Below are positions 39,581-48,409 of a DNA stretch of 51,702 nt, piece by piece; position 1 is the stretch's first letter; each line of letters begins with the position of its first letter. This DNA is from Cyanobacteria bacterium J06626_4 (GTDB lineage Bacteria > Cyanobacteriota > Cyanobacteriia > Phormidesmidales > Phormidesmidaceae). The notes under the pieces were generated by a model. The model had not been told where the DNA came from, ran no database searches, and worked only from the letters and a program-made list of their open reading frames with translations. The translations under genes were made by a program, and so were the position numbers. The stretch lies in contig JBCBJQ010000036.1 of assembly GCA_038523235.1 (NCBI GenBank), forward strand, positions 1 to 51,702, written 5' to 3'.

Positions 39581-40222
39581 TTACTTCTGCTGTTTGACCC
39601 AGGCTCGAAGGATTTGTTCTGCCTCAATTTCATCCTGCCGGGCCAAAGTCAGAAATTCATAGAGTTTGGTTTTAGGCACAAAGGGAAAGGTCGGGCTGAC
39701 TTCCTGTTCCTCATAGTGACCATTCTGAAGCTGGTAAATCCGCCATTCTTTGCCGTTGAAACGCCAGAATTCGGGGACCCCCAGGGCCGCATATAGGCTT
39801 AGTTTGTCTATGTCAGTGTGGGTGATATCCACCTCTACCACCAAGTCCGGTGGGGGATCGTCCTGAAAATTGACCGTGCGTCCGGCCACCCGAGGCTGAT
39901 TTTGGATATAAAACGCATTGTCTGGTTCTGGACTGCGGTTCAGATCTTCCCGCTCGATGGTGGTAGAGCGCATGGATTTGATGCGTTGACCCGTTTCAAA
40001 GACCAAAATTCGGATAAAGAGCCCGATGAGTTCCGCGGCGAATTCGTGTTCTTCTAGGGGCATAGTGATTTCTAAAATTCCCCGGTCGTAGGTCAGGCGG
40101 GCCGAGCGAGATTCACCCAGGGCTTGCAGAATTTGCTGGTAGGCCTGCCAGTCAAGGTGGTGAAAAGCCACACGCTTTTCGCCAACGGGTTGGGGAACGG
40201 TAACATTAGCAGCAGCAACCAT
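39581..40222 (-). CDS. Uma2 family (DUF820) endonuclease-fold protein
   Basis: RLTYDRGILEITMPLEEHE, EPDNAFYIQN, PPPDLVVEVDIT, YAALGVPEFWRFNG; likely start ATG 40222. Confidence 0.9.
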   Translation of the reverse strand: MVAAANVTVPQPVGEKRVAFHHLDWQAYQQILQALGESRSARLTYDRGILEITMPLEEHEFAAELIGLFIRILVFETGQRIKSMRSTTIEREDLNRSPEPDNAFYIQNQPRVAGRTVNFQDDPPPDLVVEVDITHTDIDKLSLYAALGVPEFWRFNGKEWRIYQLQNGHYEEQEVSPTFPFVPKTKLYEFLTLARQDEIEAEQILRAWVKQQK

Positions 40223-40315
40223 AGGCTTGCCCGATGACGGTTGTTTTAATCTTAATCTCCCTACGAAAAACGCATCTGGATCATCAGACACCGCTGGTAT
40301 CGCCTTGAGGTGTTT

Positions 40316-42661
40316 TTAGACGCACTGATGGCCGCGATCTCGCACATCCGCGATGCCTGAGCCGACAGTTTTAGGCAGGATGTCGAAGATGAGATGAACT
40401 CGCCAGTCGTCGGACTCGTTGTAAGCTTCGTGGGGAGCTTTGTTGTCGAACCACCAGAATTCGCCAGGCTGCATGCGAACCCATTCGTTCCCTGCGCCCA
40501 AGATGCTGCCCACTGAACTTTGCAAAACCAGGTGGTAGCGATCGCGAATTTGATAATACTCCCCTTCGTCAATGTGGCGATAAACATGGCCCTTTGGGGC
40601 TAATCGTACAATTGTGGCCCTTCCCAGTTCGCCACCAACCTGATAGGCAAAGTTTGCCAGCCATTCCATGACTTTTGGGAAATGCTGGGCCAGTTGCGTG
40701 CGGTCGCTAGGGTGAATGTCGTTGCCACTCACGCCGATAGGAAAGGGTTTGACAGCGCTGCGGAGATAAATTGTTTGGGTTTCACGCTGCACCTTGACCT
40801 TGGTTTGACGGCTGGTGTTGTGAAGCCATAAATCCGCATGGGCGGCAATTTCATCTAGTAAGGGCTGAATGTTAACTCTGGCATCGAGTAAGCGAAAGTG
40901 CTGTAATCGGTCAGCCTCAGCGGCAGTCGCGATCTGCAGCGGTTGAGGGAAGGTTCCGTGAGCAGGCGCTGACATCGGCGGCTGCCCCTGCCAAAATTCC
41001 GGCAGGGTGGTCAGCTTCAACAGGGCCATGAGGCAGTGCTGCACATTATCGACGCGGATAACGTTGTTGTAGATAGTAGTACGCACGGCTCCGTAAACGG
41101 GCGATCGCTGTGACACGTAATACATCTCTGCCGCTTCGCAAAACTGGAGTTGACGGACACTCCGCAAGCCGCGCCAGATTACCGACTGGTAACGTTGGGC
41201 ACGATCGCGGTCGTCCGCCTGTACGGCAAGCCGATAGGCATCGACCAACCCTTCCAAATAGACCCCAGTCGAGGAAGCGTGAGGCGGGCCATAATCGGCA
41301 TAATCGGGATGGTAAAAGCGCCCTCGCAGGTCGTCATAGGGGACGCTTTCCCACTGCTGCATGGCCAGCAGCCAATCGTTCATTTCAAAAATCAGGTCGA
41401 GCCAGGCGCGATCACCCGTCGCTTGATAAAGCAGCGCGTAGGCTTGGGTATGCCAGGGAACGAACGCCGGATTTCGCTGTTGCTGGTGCCAGGTGCGGTA
41501 ATAGGCGACGCTTTGGCGACAGCGTTCGAGCAGTTGAGCGTCTTGGGTGCGGCCATACAGGGCTGCCCAAAAAAGCAATGCTTCTCCGGGGTAGAAGTTT
41601 TGGTTGTCGTTGCGATCACTCGGCTGCAAAAAGGTGCGGAAGGAACCATCTGGTTGCCAGAGGTAGTCGATGGTGCGGCAGAATCCGGCAAAGTGTGAGG
41701 CAAACGGGGAATTATTGACGCTCACTGCGGTGAGGTCAGCATGCTCCAAAATGGCGAGGGCGGCGAGGGCGATCGCCCCCAGTTTCACCTTGCTGTTGTA
41801 CGCGACAAAACCCAGGTCGCCCTCGGTGTTGTAAAACTGCGCCAGATTGTACGTCAGGTTATGGGTCGCCAGAACCTGTTGGTCCGGACGTTCGGTGTGT
41901 CGGGCATAGCGCACCATGGCTAGGGTCGCCATAAACTGCCGAATCAAGTTATTGCTGCTAGCCTCTGTGCCGCGACTGGGGAAATATTGGTAAATGAGTC
42001 GCCCATCTGCTTGCACCTGCCGCAATAGCCACTCACCCATCAGGGTGGTCATCTGTTGCAGCACATCTCCCGATAGCGCTGCCAACGGCACGAGACCACT
42101 GCCTCGATGTAGGGTCTCTGCCTTGACGGTGGGGTGCAAGGTTATCAATACTTGCCGGGCCTCAAACGCTTGTATAACGCCCTGTTTGAAAAAGGCTTGC
42201 TCAGTTAGATCAACGTCTTGCAAAAAGCTGGCAAGTACCTTTTGAAAGGTCAAATTGCGCGCAATCAGAGTTGTCGGCGCGTAACGCACAATGCGATCGC
42301 GGTACTGCAGCTCGATGCCGCGTATGCCCCGATGAGCGTTTGCAAAGACTTGCTTAAACTGTTGTGCTGTCACCTGGCGATAGCGGTGAGTGAAACAGAC
42401 TTCTAACGTGTCGATGACTGGGCGGGAAGCGGCAGGGGCAATTGACTTATCGGCAATGCCCTGAAAAATTTCTCCTAAGTCGGCAGGGTAGTGCCAGTGC
42501 GATCGAAGTAGATTACCGCCGCGACGCAAAGCGACATAGGTCGGTCCTAGACAAAATACGGCTGCTAGCTGATGAATGTTTCCATCTATTGCCGCTTGCA
42601 TCATTTGAGCAATATCAGCGTCGTCGATAGTCAAGATAGTTGGGGTCGTCAGAGCCGTCAT
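40316..42661 (-). CDS. Multidomain enzyme: N-terminal alpha/beta domain + alpha/alpha-toroid-like domain + C-terminal Asp/Asn beta-hydroxylase (Fe/2OG) domain
   Basis: C-terminus has GRATIVRL.P.G.V.RHIDEGEYY..RDRYHLVL...MQPGEFWWFDNKAPHEAYN.SD.WRVHLIFD (HxD...H triad, 2OG-binding Arg). The central helical region (NNLIRQ, FYPGEALL, AFVPWHTQA, STGVYLEG, IRVDNVQH) is assigned by inference. Confidence 0.8.
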   Translation of the reverse strand: MTALTTPTILTIDDADIAQMMQAAIDGNIHQLAAVFCLGPTYVALRRGGNLLRSHWHYPADLGEIFQGIADKSIAPAASRPVIDTLEVCFTHRYRQVTAQQFKQVFANAHRGIRGIELQYRDRIVRYAPTTLIARNLTFQKVLASFLQDVDLTEQAFFKQGVIQAFEARQVLITLHPTVKAETLHRGSGLVPLAALSGDVLQQMTTLMGEWLLRQVQADGRLIYQYFPSRGTEASSNNLIRQFMATLAMVRYARHTERPDQQVLATHNLTYNLAQFYNTEGDLGFVAYNSKVKLGAIALAALAILEHADLTAVSVNNSPFASHFAGFCRTIDYLWQPDGSFRTFLQPSDRNDNQNFYPGEALLFWAALYGRTQDAQLLERCRQSVAYYRTWHQQQRNPAFVPWHTQAYALLYQATGDRAWLDLIFEMNDWLLAMQQWESVPYDDLRGRFYHPDYADYGPPHASSTGVYLEGLVDAYRLAVQADDRDRAQRYQSVIWRGLRSVRQLQFCEAAEMYYVSQRSPVYGAVRTTIYNNVIRVDNVQHCLMALLKLTTLPEFWQGQPPMSAPAHGTFPQPLQIATAAEADRLQHFRLLDARVNIQPLLDEIAAHADLWLHNTSRQTKVKVQRETQTIYLRSAVKPFPIGVSGNDIHPSDRTQLAQHFPKVMEWLANFAYQVGGELGRATIVRLAPKGHVYRHIDEGEYYQIRDRYHLVLQSSVGSILGAGNEWVRMQPGEFWWFDNKAPHEAYNESDDWRVHLIFDILPKTVGSGIADVRDRGHQCV

Positions 42662-42737
42662 AGCGTTGTTTCCTTGAGCTACGCTTCGTGGTGTGTGTAA
42701 CCCAGTACATATTCGCGGAAGCTGTTTGGTGAGCTAA

Positions 42738-42771
42738 TGCTCGGCTGAGCAATGGCAAGCCCAGCCGAGCA
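42738..42771 (-). other. Intercistronic stem-loop between the GD-repeat gene and the hydroxylase gene
   Basis: Perfect 10-bp stem TGCTCGGCTG/CAGCCGAGCA, extendable to 13 bp with a G-U pair on the minus-strand transcript; no clear U-tail. Confidence 0.6.
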
Positions 42772-42841
42772 GAGTTCATGCATCAGTACTAAAACTGATA
42801 TGGATTATGCGATCGCGACAGTCGGCAATTGCATGTTAGAC

Positions 42842-43438
42842 CTAGTCGCCATCACCGTCGCCATCGCCATCACCATCGCCATCGCCGACGCCATCGCCAT
42901 CACCATCACCGTCCCCATCACCATCGCCATCACCGTCGCCGTCGCCGTCGCCGTCGCCATCACCATCGCCGTCACCGACTCCGGGGTCAAAAATGCGTCG
43001 CTCGGGTAATTGCCAGTCATCATCGCTGTCGCCATCACCATCACCATCACCGTCGCCATCGCCGTCGCCATCACCGTCGCCATCGCCATCACCGTCGCCA
43101 TCGCCGTCGCCATCGCCGTCGCCGTCGCCATCGCCGTCGCCGTCGCCATCGCCATCGCCATCACCATCGCCATCACTATCACCGTCGCCATCGCCATCAC
43201 CGTCGCCGTCGCCATCGCCATCGCCGACTCCGGGGTCAGAAATGCCTGGCTCTGGGATTTGAGCCAACAGACTTGTGTTGTTTTGCTTGGCATCTGCTGC
43301 GGCTAAATCAGTTTCTGAGGCCAGGACGACCTCACGGGCCTCGTTCATCTCCACCAGAGACTGTTGGGCGATTGCCCGTGAAGCCGCAACACCAAATAGC
43401 GAGGCGATCGCGCTAAGCATAAGGAGCTTTTGCAACAT
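42842..43438 (-). CDS. Secreted (Gly-Asp)n repeat protein; candidate precursor with two acidic cores
   Basis: AAGGAA RBS before ATG 43438; Sec-type signal peptide ([24 protein letters not shown]); GD tracts of 70 and 44 aa each preceded by QxPExxIxDPGV; mixed synonymous codons. Confidence 0.8.
   Translation of the reverse strand: MLQKLLMLSAIASLFGVAASRAIAQQSLVEMNEAREVVLASETDLAAADAKQNNTSLLAQIPEPGISDPGVGDGDGDGDGDGDGDGDSDGDGDGDGDGDGDGDGDGDGDGDGDGDGDGDGDGDGDGDGDGDGDGDGDSDDDWQLPERRIFDPGVGDGDGDGDGDGDGDGDGDGDGDGDGDGDGVGDGDGDGDGDGDGD
42845..43225 (-). repeat. Hexanucleotide tandem repeat GGY GAY in two blocks (43016-43225 and 42845-42976)
   Basis: Directly visible (RTCRCC)n array on the + strand. 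Confidence 0.95.
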
Positions 43439-43987
43439 GATAAATTCCTTCAAAAATTGAGAACTTATTGAGCATTAGCAGCGTCAAAACTGACAAGGCA
43501 AACCGATAGACTCTCAACAATTTGAGCCGGGATAGCGGATTGGTCAGCTTGAACCCCGGTGCTATCGGTAGTGGGCAATGCACCCATCAGGGCGATCGCT
43601 GACGATAATTTCGCCTGCGTTTTGCCTCCACTTTAAATGGATTTTTACGCTGATGAGCAAATTGACCAAAAACGGATAAAGAATGTTTCTGTTCGGCAGT
43701 GTGACTCACATAGAGAAAATTTTGGATTAACGTAGATACTTATAAATGAGGGCTGGCAACCTACATCTTGCCATTTTAGATAGCAGCATAGTTCTGAGAA
43801 TAGACCTAATTAAAAAGAGCTTAATGCTCTGCAGAAAGAAAATTTAAATCGGATTGTGGCAGCAGTATCTGACTAATCTCTATGCAACTGATGGCGTAGA
43901 AATGAGATGCGATCGCGCATATGTTTGCCATTAGTTGAATTTGCCAAAAAGGCGGTATCAAACTTTATGCCTATACCCTCGTCATGC

Positions 43988-44989
43988 TCAACTTGTATAG
44001 AAGTCAGCATTGGGCAGCTCACCTTTCAAAAGCTTGGGATTGACTTGCTGGAGGGATTGGTAAAACACCTCTAGTTCCGGCTGGGCTTCAGCGGCGGTGA
44101 CGTGTTCAAAGAGATTGGTCTGGAGGGACTGCTCGATGATGAGGGCGGGGGTGTCCATATATTGGGCACCGAGTTCGGCAGCGGCAGTGGGGTTTTGCTG
44201 AATCCAGTCGAGGGAATTGCGCAGTTCCGTTTGAATCAGCTCCACTACGTCGGGATGGTCGTTGACCAGGCTGTTCAGAACGGAAACGCCAGCTTGGGGA
44301 AAGCGGGCCTCTTGTCGCGTGACCTCACCCCAGGCGGCTTTGAAATCCAGGCTGTAGGTGAGGGGAGAGCCCTGTTCTTGCGATCTGGCGACGACGTTGC
44401 TGGCGTGGGGTTCGGCAAACACACCGGCATCAGCTTCCCCAGTAAGCAGCAGTTGGGCGGTGCTCTGAAAATCTTGGGTGGACTGGATGGTGACGTCTTG
44501 GTCGGGCTGCAGGCCGGACTGCATGGCGAGGAAGCGGAAGATCATTTCCGGCATGCTGCCTTTGAAGGGAATCAGCACCGTCTTGCCGCGCAAGTCTGAC
44601 CAACTCGCGATCGCCCCTTCTGCTGATAACACATAAATATTGCCCCAAATCATCACGTTCAGCAGCTTCAGCGGCACCTCTTGTTGGTAGAGTCCTGCCG
44701 CGAGCAGAGTAGGGTTAGCGGTGATCTGTCCCTGTTCGGAGGTCAGCAGCGCCTTTATCTGCTCGTGGTTGCGGACGGTGAAAAATTCGATATCCGCGAT
44801 CGCTTCTGGCAGGCTGCTCATTTCCATCAGGTAGGCCAGGGGAATGGTCAGCAAAATCGGCGAGCCGCCAATGCCAAGGGACGGCAGCGTACTGCCCACG
44901 GTCGAGGTGGTCTGACCACAACCCGCGGCAATGGAGAGACCCAAGCTCGCGGTCATGAATTGCAAAAACTGACGACGGTGAAAAGTCAT
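43988..44989 (-). CDS. NitT/TauT-family ABC transporter substrate-binding lipoprotein (Tat signal)
   Basis: RRQFL twin-arginine motif, lipobox IAAGC, WSDLRGKTVLIPF, AGVFAEP, LPNADFY. Confidence 0.85.
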   Translation of the reverse strand: MTFHRRQFLQFMTASLGLSIAAGCGQTTSTVGSTLPSLGIGGSPILLTIPLAYLMEMSSLPEAIADIEFFTVRNHEQIKALLTSEQGQITANPTLLAAGLYQQEVPLKLLNVMIWGNIYVLSAEGAIASWSDLRGKTVLIPFKGSMPEMIFRFLAMQSGLQPDQDVTIQSTQDFQSTAQLLLTGEADAGVFAEPHASNVVARSQEQGSPLTYSLDFKAAWGEVTRQEARFPQAGVSVLNSLVNDHPDVVELIQTELRNSLDWIQQNPTAAAELGAQYMDTPALIIEQSLQTNLFEHVTAAEAQPELEVFYQSLQQVNPKLLKGELPNADFYTS

Positions 44990-45747
44990 GGGGTGAGGCT
45001 CCGAGAAGTTTCTAAAGGGGGATTGAGGTTGAAACTGGCAGCGATTTCGGGTCGGGTTTGCAGGTCTGACAGGGTGCGGTAGACGTAGGCGGGGTCGCGT
45101 TGGGCGGGTGGGCGATCGCTGTGCCAGCAGGAGACGATGCGGGCGGGGCAGGGCGACAGTACCAGGAGGCGATCGCCCATTACCGCTGCCTCTGCGAGAT
45201 CGTGAGTGACTAAAATCGCCGTGGTTTGATGCTGCTGTACCCAGGCCATTACGAGCTGCTGCAACTGCTGTCGGGTGCCCATGTCCACCGAACTAAAGGG
45301 CTCATCTAGCAACAGTAGTTGGGGCTGAATGGCAAAGGCGCGGGCCAAATTCACCCGCTGTTTCATGCCGCCGCTGAGTTGAGGCGGATGGAGATTGACT
45401 GCCGACTCTAGCCCGACGGACTCCGCCAGCATGCGGGCTCGCTGCAAGCGTTGGCGTCGCGCCACACCCTGAGCTTTTAGCCCCAGAGCGATGTTCTCCA
45501 GCACGGTATACCAGGGGAATAGGCGCGGTTCTTGAAAGACGTAGGCGATAGGGGTGGCCCATTGTTCGACGGTGCCTGCCGTGGGCGACAGCAAGCCCGC
45601 CAGCAGATTGAGCAGCGTGGTTTTGCCGCAGCCCGACGGCCCCATCAGCGCGACCAGTTCGCCAGGAGCTGCCGCTAGGGAGATGTCCTCCAAAACTAGC
45701 CGTGCCCCATAGTGGTGGGAAATCTGGTGCAGTAGTGGCGTCATCAT
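44986..45747 (-). CDS. NitT/TauT-family ABC transporter ATP-binding protein
   Basis: GPSGCGKTT, YVFQEPRLFPW, LSGGMKQRV, LLLDEPF, VTHD. Confidence 0.92.
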   Translation of the reverse strand: MMTPLLHQISHHYGARLVLEDISLAAAPGELVALMGPSGCGKTTLLNLLAGLLSPTAGTVEQWATPIAYVFQEPRLFPWYTVLENIALGLKAQGVARRQRLQRARMLAESVGLESAVNLHPPQLSGGMKQRVNLARAFAIQPQLLLLDEPFSSVDMGTRQQLQQLVMAWVQQHQTTAILVTHDLAEAAVMGDRLLVLSPCPARIVSCWHSDRPPAQRDPAYVYRTLSDLQTRPEIAASFNLNPPLETSRSLTP

Positions 45748-45750
45748 GGT

Positions 45751-46581
45751 TCACCCTCCTCCACTGCTAGACGCCGCTTGCCAGGGCAACAGCCGTTCCT
45801 GGAGGCGGCGCAGCAGCGTATCGGAGGTGAGCACCAGAGCGATCACGACCGCAATCCAGGCCATGACTTCAGCGGTATCTAGGTTGGCGCGAGCAGTGTT
45901 TAGCTCCGCCCCGATGCCGTCGGGGGTGGCGAGCACCTCCGACATGATCGCTACCCGCCAGGCCAGTCCCAATCCGGTCACGAGTACCGGCAGCAGTCGC
46001 GACATCACCTGGGGCCAGTCGAGGGATTGCAAGCGGGCGTTCCCCTCCAGGCGGTAGACCTGGGCGACGGCCACCAAATCGGGATCGAGACCCTTAACTG
46101 CCTCCGCCACTCCGGCAAACACCAGCGGCCCAGCAGTGACCGCGACGGTGAAAATCGAGTTGGCGTGGCCCAGGCCAAACCACACCATCGTCAGCACTAG
46201 CCAGGCGATGGGCGGTGTGCCCAACAGCGCGACAGAAATCGGTGCGAGGGCCGGTTGCACCCACGGTTGCCGTCCAACCAATAGCCCTAACAGGCCCCCG
46301 ATCGCTAGCGCCAAGCCAAACCCCGTCACCACATGGAACGTCGTTGCCGCGATCGCCCCCCACAGTCGGGGTTGACCCCAGAGCGATCGCAACGCGCCTA
46401 ACACCTCTCCTGGCGCCGGCAAAATGACGGGGGTATAACGCTGCGCCCCCCACTGCCAGAGCCCCAACAACAGCGCCAGCATGCCCAGAGTCAATAGCAC
46501 CGAGCGGAGCCGCGATCGCCCATCTAGAGCGTTTGACCGAGTTGTAGATGCCGTCTTGGCGATCGACTGGCGAGAAACCAT
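45751..46581 (-). CDS. NitT/TauT-family ABC transporter permease
   Basis: ILPAPGEV, PPIAWLVLTMVWFG, GLAWRVAIMSEVL...GIG; likely start ATG 46581, 7 bp after the porin stop. Confidence 0.9.
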   Translation of the reverse strand: MVSRQSIAKTASTTRSNALDGRSRLRSVLLTLGMLALLLGLWQWGAQRYTPVILPAPGEVLGALRSLWGQPRLWGAIAATTFHVVTGFGLALAIGGLLGLLVGRQPWVQPALAPISVALLGTPPIAWLVLTMVWFGLGHANSIFTVAVTAGPLVFAGVAEAVKGLDPDLVAVAQVYRLEGNARLQSLDWPQVMSRLLPVLVTGLGLAWRVAIMSEVLATPDGIGAELNTARANLDTAEVMAWIAVVIALVLTSDTLLRRLQERLLPWQAASSSGGG

Positions 46582-46588
46582 CGGCCTC

Positions 46589-48409
46589 CTAAAACTCAAA
46601 GACAGTACGGAAGCTGCCGACCCAAATAGTGTCGTTGGCGCTGTTGTTTTCGGGATTGACCAGCACAAAAAAGCCGGGAATTAGCGAAATGTTTTGATTC
46701 ACCCGATAGCGATAAAACGCCTCAATGTGCCAGGTCGAGTCGTCTTCGTCGGCACCGCCATCATTGCTCAACACCCGTGGCGGATTGCCCACCACCAAAC
46801 CGCCTAAATTGCCCTGACCGCCTAAGTTTGGCAGGCCCAGCGTGACAGCCCAATTCAGCAGCGTGGCATCGTCACCCTCATTCACTAACCCGCGATCTGA
46901 TTCTGCCGTGGCCAAACTCAAACCGGCCCAGCCCGACAGGTTCGCCCGGCCCAGCTTCACGGTGGATTGCACTCCAAAGTGATTGGCCGAGGTGGCGACA
47001 TTGCCGCCAAAAGGCGCGTTCGACAACCGACTGCCCGTCCCCGCCGACACCGCTACATTCCCTGCCGGATAGTAAGAGCGGGCATACACGAGGCCCAGCC
47101 CCCAGGTCTCAGTGGGGCGATAGTCGAGCTGGGCCAGTGCCGTATAGCCGCTGCCAAACAGCCCGCCGTCATTGGGATTGTTAGAGCCAGGAGCCCGCGA
47201 CAGATACCCCGCGGAAAAGGCCAGATTGGGAGCAATGTCATACACCCCTGTAATGCCCGTGCCCAACGCCCCCTGATAGTAGATGGGGTTAAAGCGGCCA
47301 AACCGCGACACCACCCCCGAAATCGGACTGGCTAAACCGGGGTTAAACGTGCTAGAAACATTGGCCTGGTAAGCGCCCCGCGTAGCGTCAATATGCACGG
47401 TGAGGCGATCGCCGACGGGAAAGCGATAAAACAACTTGCCAATATCTAAATCGTTATCGTTGGTGCGATCGAACGCCAGCCGGGTCATGTTGGTGCCCGT
47501 AACTGGGGCGTTGAAGCGATTGGGCTCCAGGGCGTCAAGCCGAATTTTGAGTAAGTCGCGGCCGGTAAAGCTGGTGTTGAAATTTAACCGAGCCCGACTG
47601 CCAAAGACCGTTTGCTCAGGCAAATCATCACCGCTACCGTTCGCTTGGTCGCCGCCAATCAACTGCTCTAGGGAAAATACGACCTCGCCCCGCAGCCGCG
47701 TCGTGGTGGAAAAAGCATTGGCCCGCAGCTCAGCGGTTTCTGCTTCAAGGATGTCAACTCGATTTGTAAGTAAATCAAGTTCTTCTCGAAACTCGGCCTG
47801 TAGTCGCTGTATCGGCACACAGTTGATAGCAGTGATCCCAAACGGATTTTCGGCACATGAGAGTTCATAGGCCTCCGCTGTTAAAACCGACAGGCATTTT
47901 TGTAAACCGGCGGCAAATTCGTAGCGGGTGAGGGAGCGATCGCCCCGAAAAGTTTCATTGGGATAGCCTTCAATGCAGCCATAGTTTTCGACCAAATCTT
48001 GCAGCGCTCGATAGGCCCAGTCGTCGGGCGACACGTCGGAGAGTTCCTCAACGGTGGTGACGTTGGCGATCGCCTCGGTCCTCTCTATTTCAGGAGGCGC
48101 TACTGGTTGCTTCACCGCGACCGGTGCGAAAGCTTCAGGTTCTAATCTCTGTGGGATGAGCTCGGCCAAGCTAGCATCATCAGCAAAGAGAGCGGAAACA
48201 GCATGGTGGGAGAGGGCGATCGTCTCAGACGCAGGCAGAACGGTCTCTGCGACCTCGATATCTGCCGCGACCTCAGCGCCTAAAGCTGCCATCGACGAGC
48301 TGGCCGCATCGAGTTCAGCTGCGTCAACCTCTGCCGCCGCCCCCCTTTCCTGCGCACCCAAACTCAGCGTGACGCCGATCACGACACCCAGGAGATTTCC
48401 ATACTTCAT
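46589..48409 (-). CDS. Cyanobacterial SLH-OprB ('iron uptake porin' family) outer-membrane porin
   Basis: Signal peptide, VTTVEELSDVSP.DWAYRALQ.LVE.YGCI.GYP...FRG...LTRYEFAAGL, FSTTT.L.GEV.F, FTGRDLL, C-terminal RTVFEF; start 48409 or 48430. Confidence 0.9.
   Translation of the reverse strand: MKYGNLLGVVIGVTLSLGAQERGAAAEVDAAELDAASSSMAALGAEVAADIEVAETVLPASETIALSHHAVSALFADDASLAELIPQRLEPEAFAPVAVKQPVAPPEIERTEAIANVTTVEELSDVSPDDWAYRALQDLVENYGCIEGYPNETFRGDRSLTRYEFAAGLQKCLSVLTAEAYELSCAENPFGITAINCVPIQRLQAEFREELDLLTNRVDILEAETAELRANAFSTTTRLRGEVVFSLEQLIGGDQANGSGDDLPEQTVFGSRARLNFNTSFTGRDLLKIRLDALEPNRFNAPVTGTNMTRLAFDRTNDNDLDIGKLFYRFPVGDRLTVHIDATRGAYQANVSSTFNPGLASPISGVVSRFGRFNPIYYQGALGTGITGVYDIAPNLAFSAGYLSRAPGSNNPNDGGLFGSGYTALAQLDYRPTETWGLGLVYARSYYPAGNVAVSAGTGSRLSNAPFGGNVATSANHFGVQSTVKLGRANLSGWAGLSLATAESDRGLVNEGDDATLLNWAVTLGLPNLGGQGNLGGLVVGNPPRVLSNDGGADEDDSTWHIEAFYRYRVNQNISLIPGFFVLVNPENNSANDTIWVGSFRTVFEF

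Noticed and set aside
39581..40222. Uma2 nuclease-fold gene as a functional part of the GD system
   Set aside because: Uma2 genes are highly multicopy and scattered in cyanobacteria, so adjacency alone is weak evidence.
42845..43225. Repeat array considered as a CRISPR array
   Set aside because: It is a 6-bp tandem coding repeat without unique spacers, and there are no cas genes in the window.
42993..43262. (Ser-Pro)n ORF on the + strand, and the (Met/Thr-Ala/Val)n and (Ile/Val-Ala/Thr)n ORFs in other frames
   Set aside because: The Pro codons end only in A or G, as expected if the opposite strand is constrained to Asp (GAY). The SP ORF covers only one block and lacks a leader, whereas the minus GD frame has an RBS, a signal peptide and operon orientation.
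42829..43416. His/Arg-rich ORF on the + strand (apparent metal-binding protein)
   Set aside because: Shadow frame of the GD repeat. Its variable base changes the amino acid (His/Arg), and it has no RBS or signal peptide and is antisense to the operon.
43494..43545. GGCAAACC motif suggestive of a c-di-GMP-I riboswitch
   Set aside because: No GNRA-capped P2 or downstream GCAAA/receptor element, and it is on the wrong strand for the downstream gene.
43700..43710. TGTGA-C-TCACA palindrome as a CRP/SyCRP1 site
   Set aside because: The spacer is 1 nt instead of the required 6.
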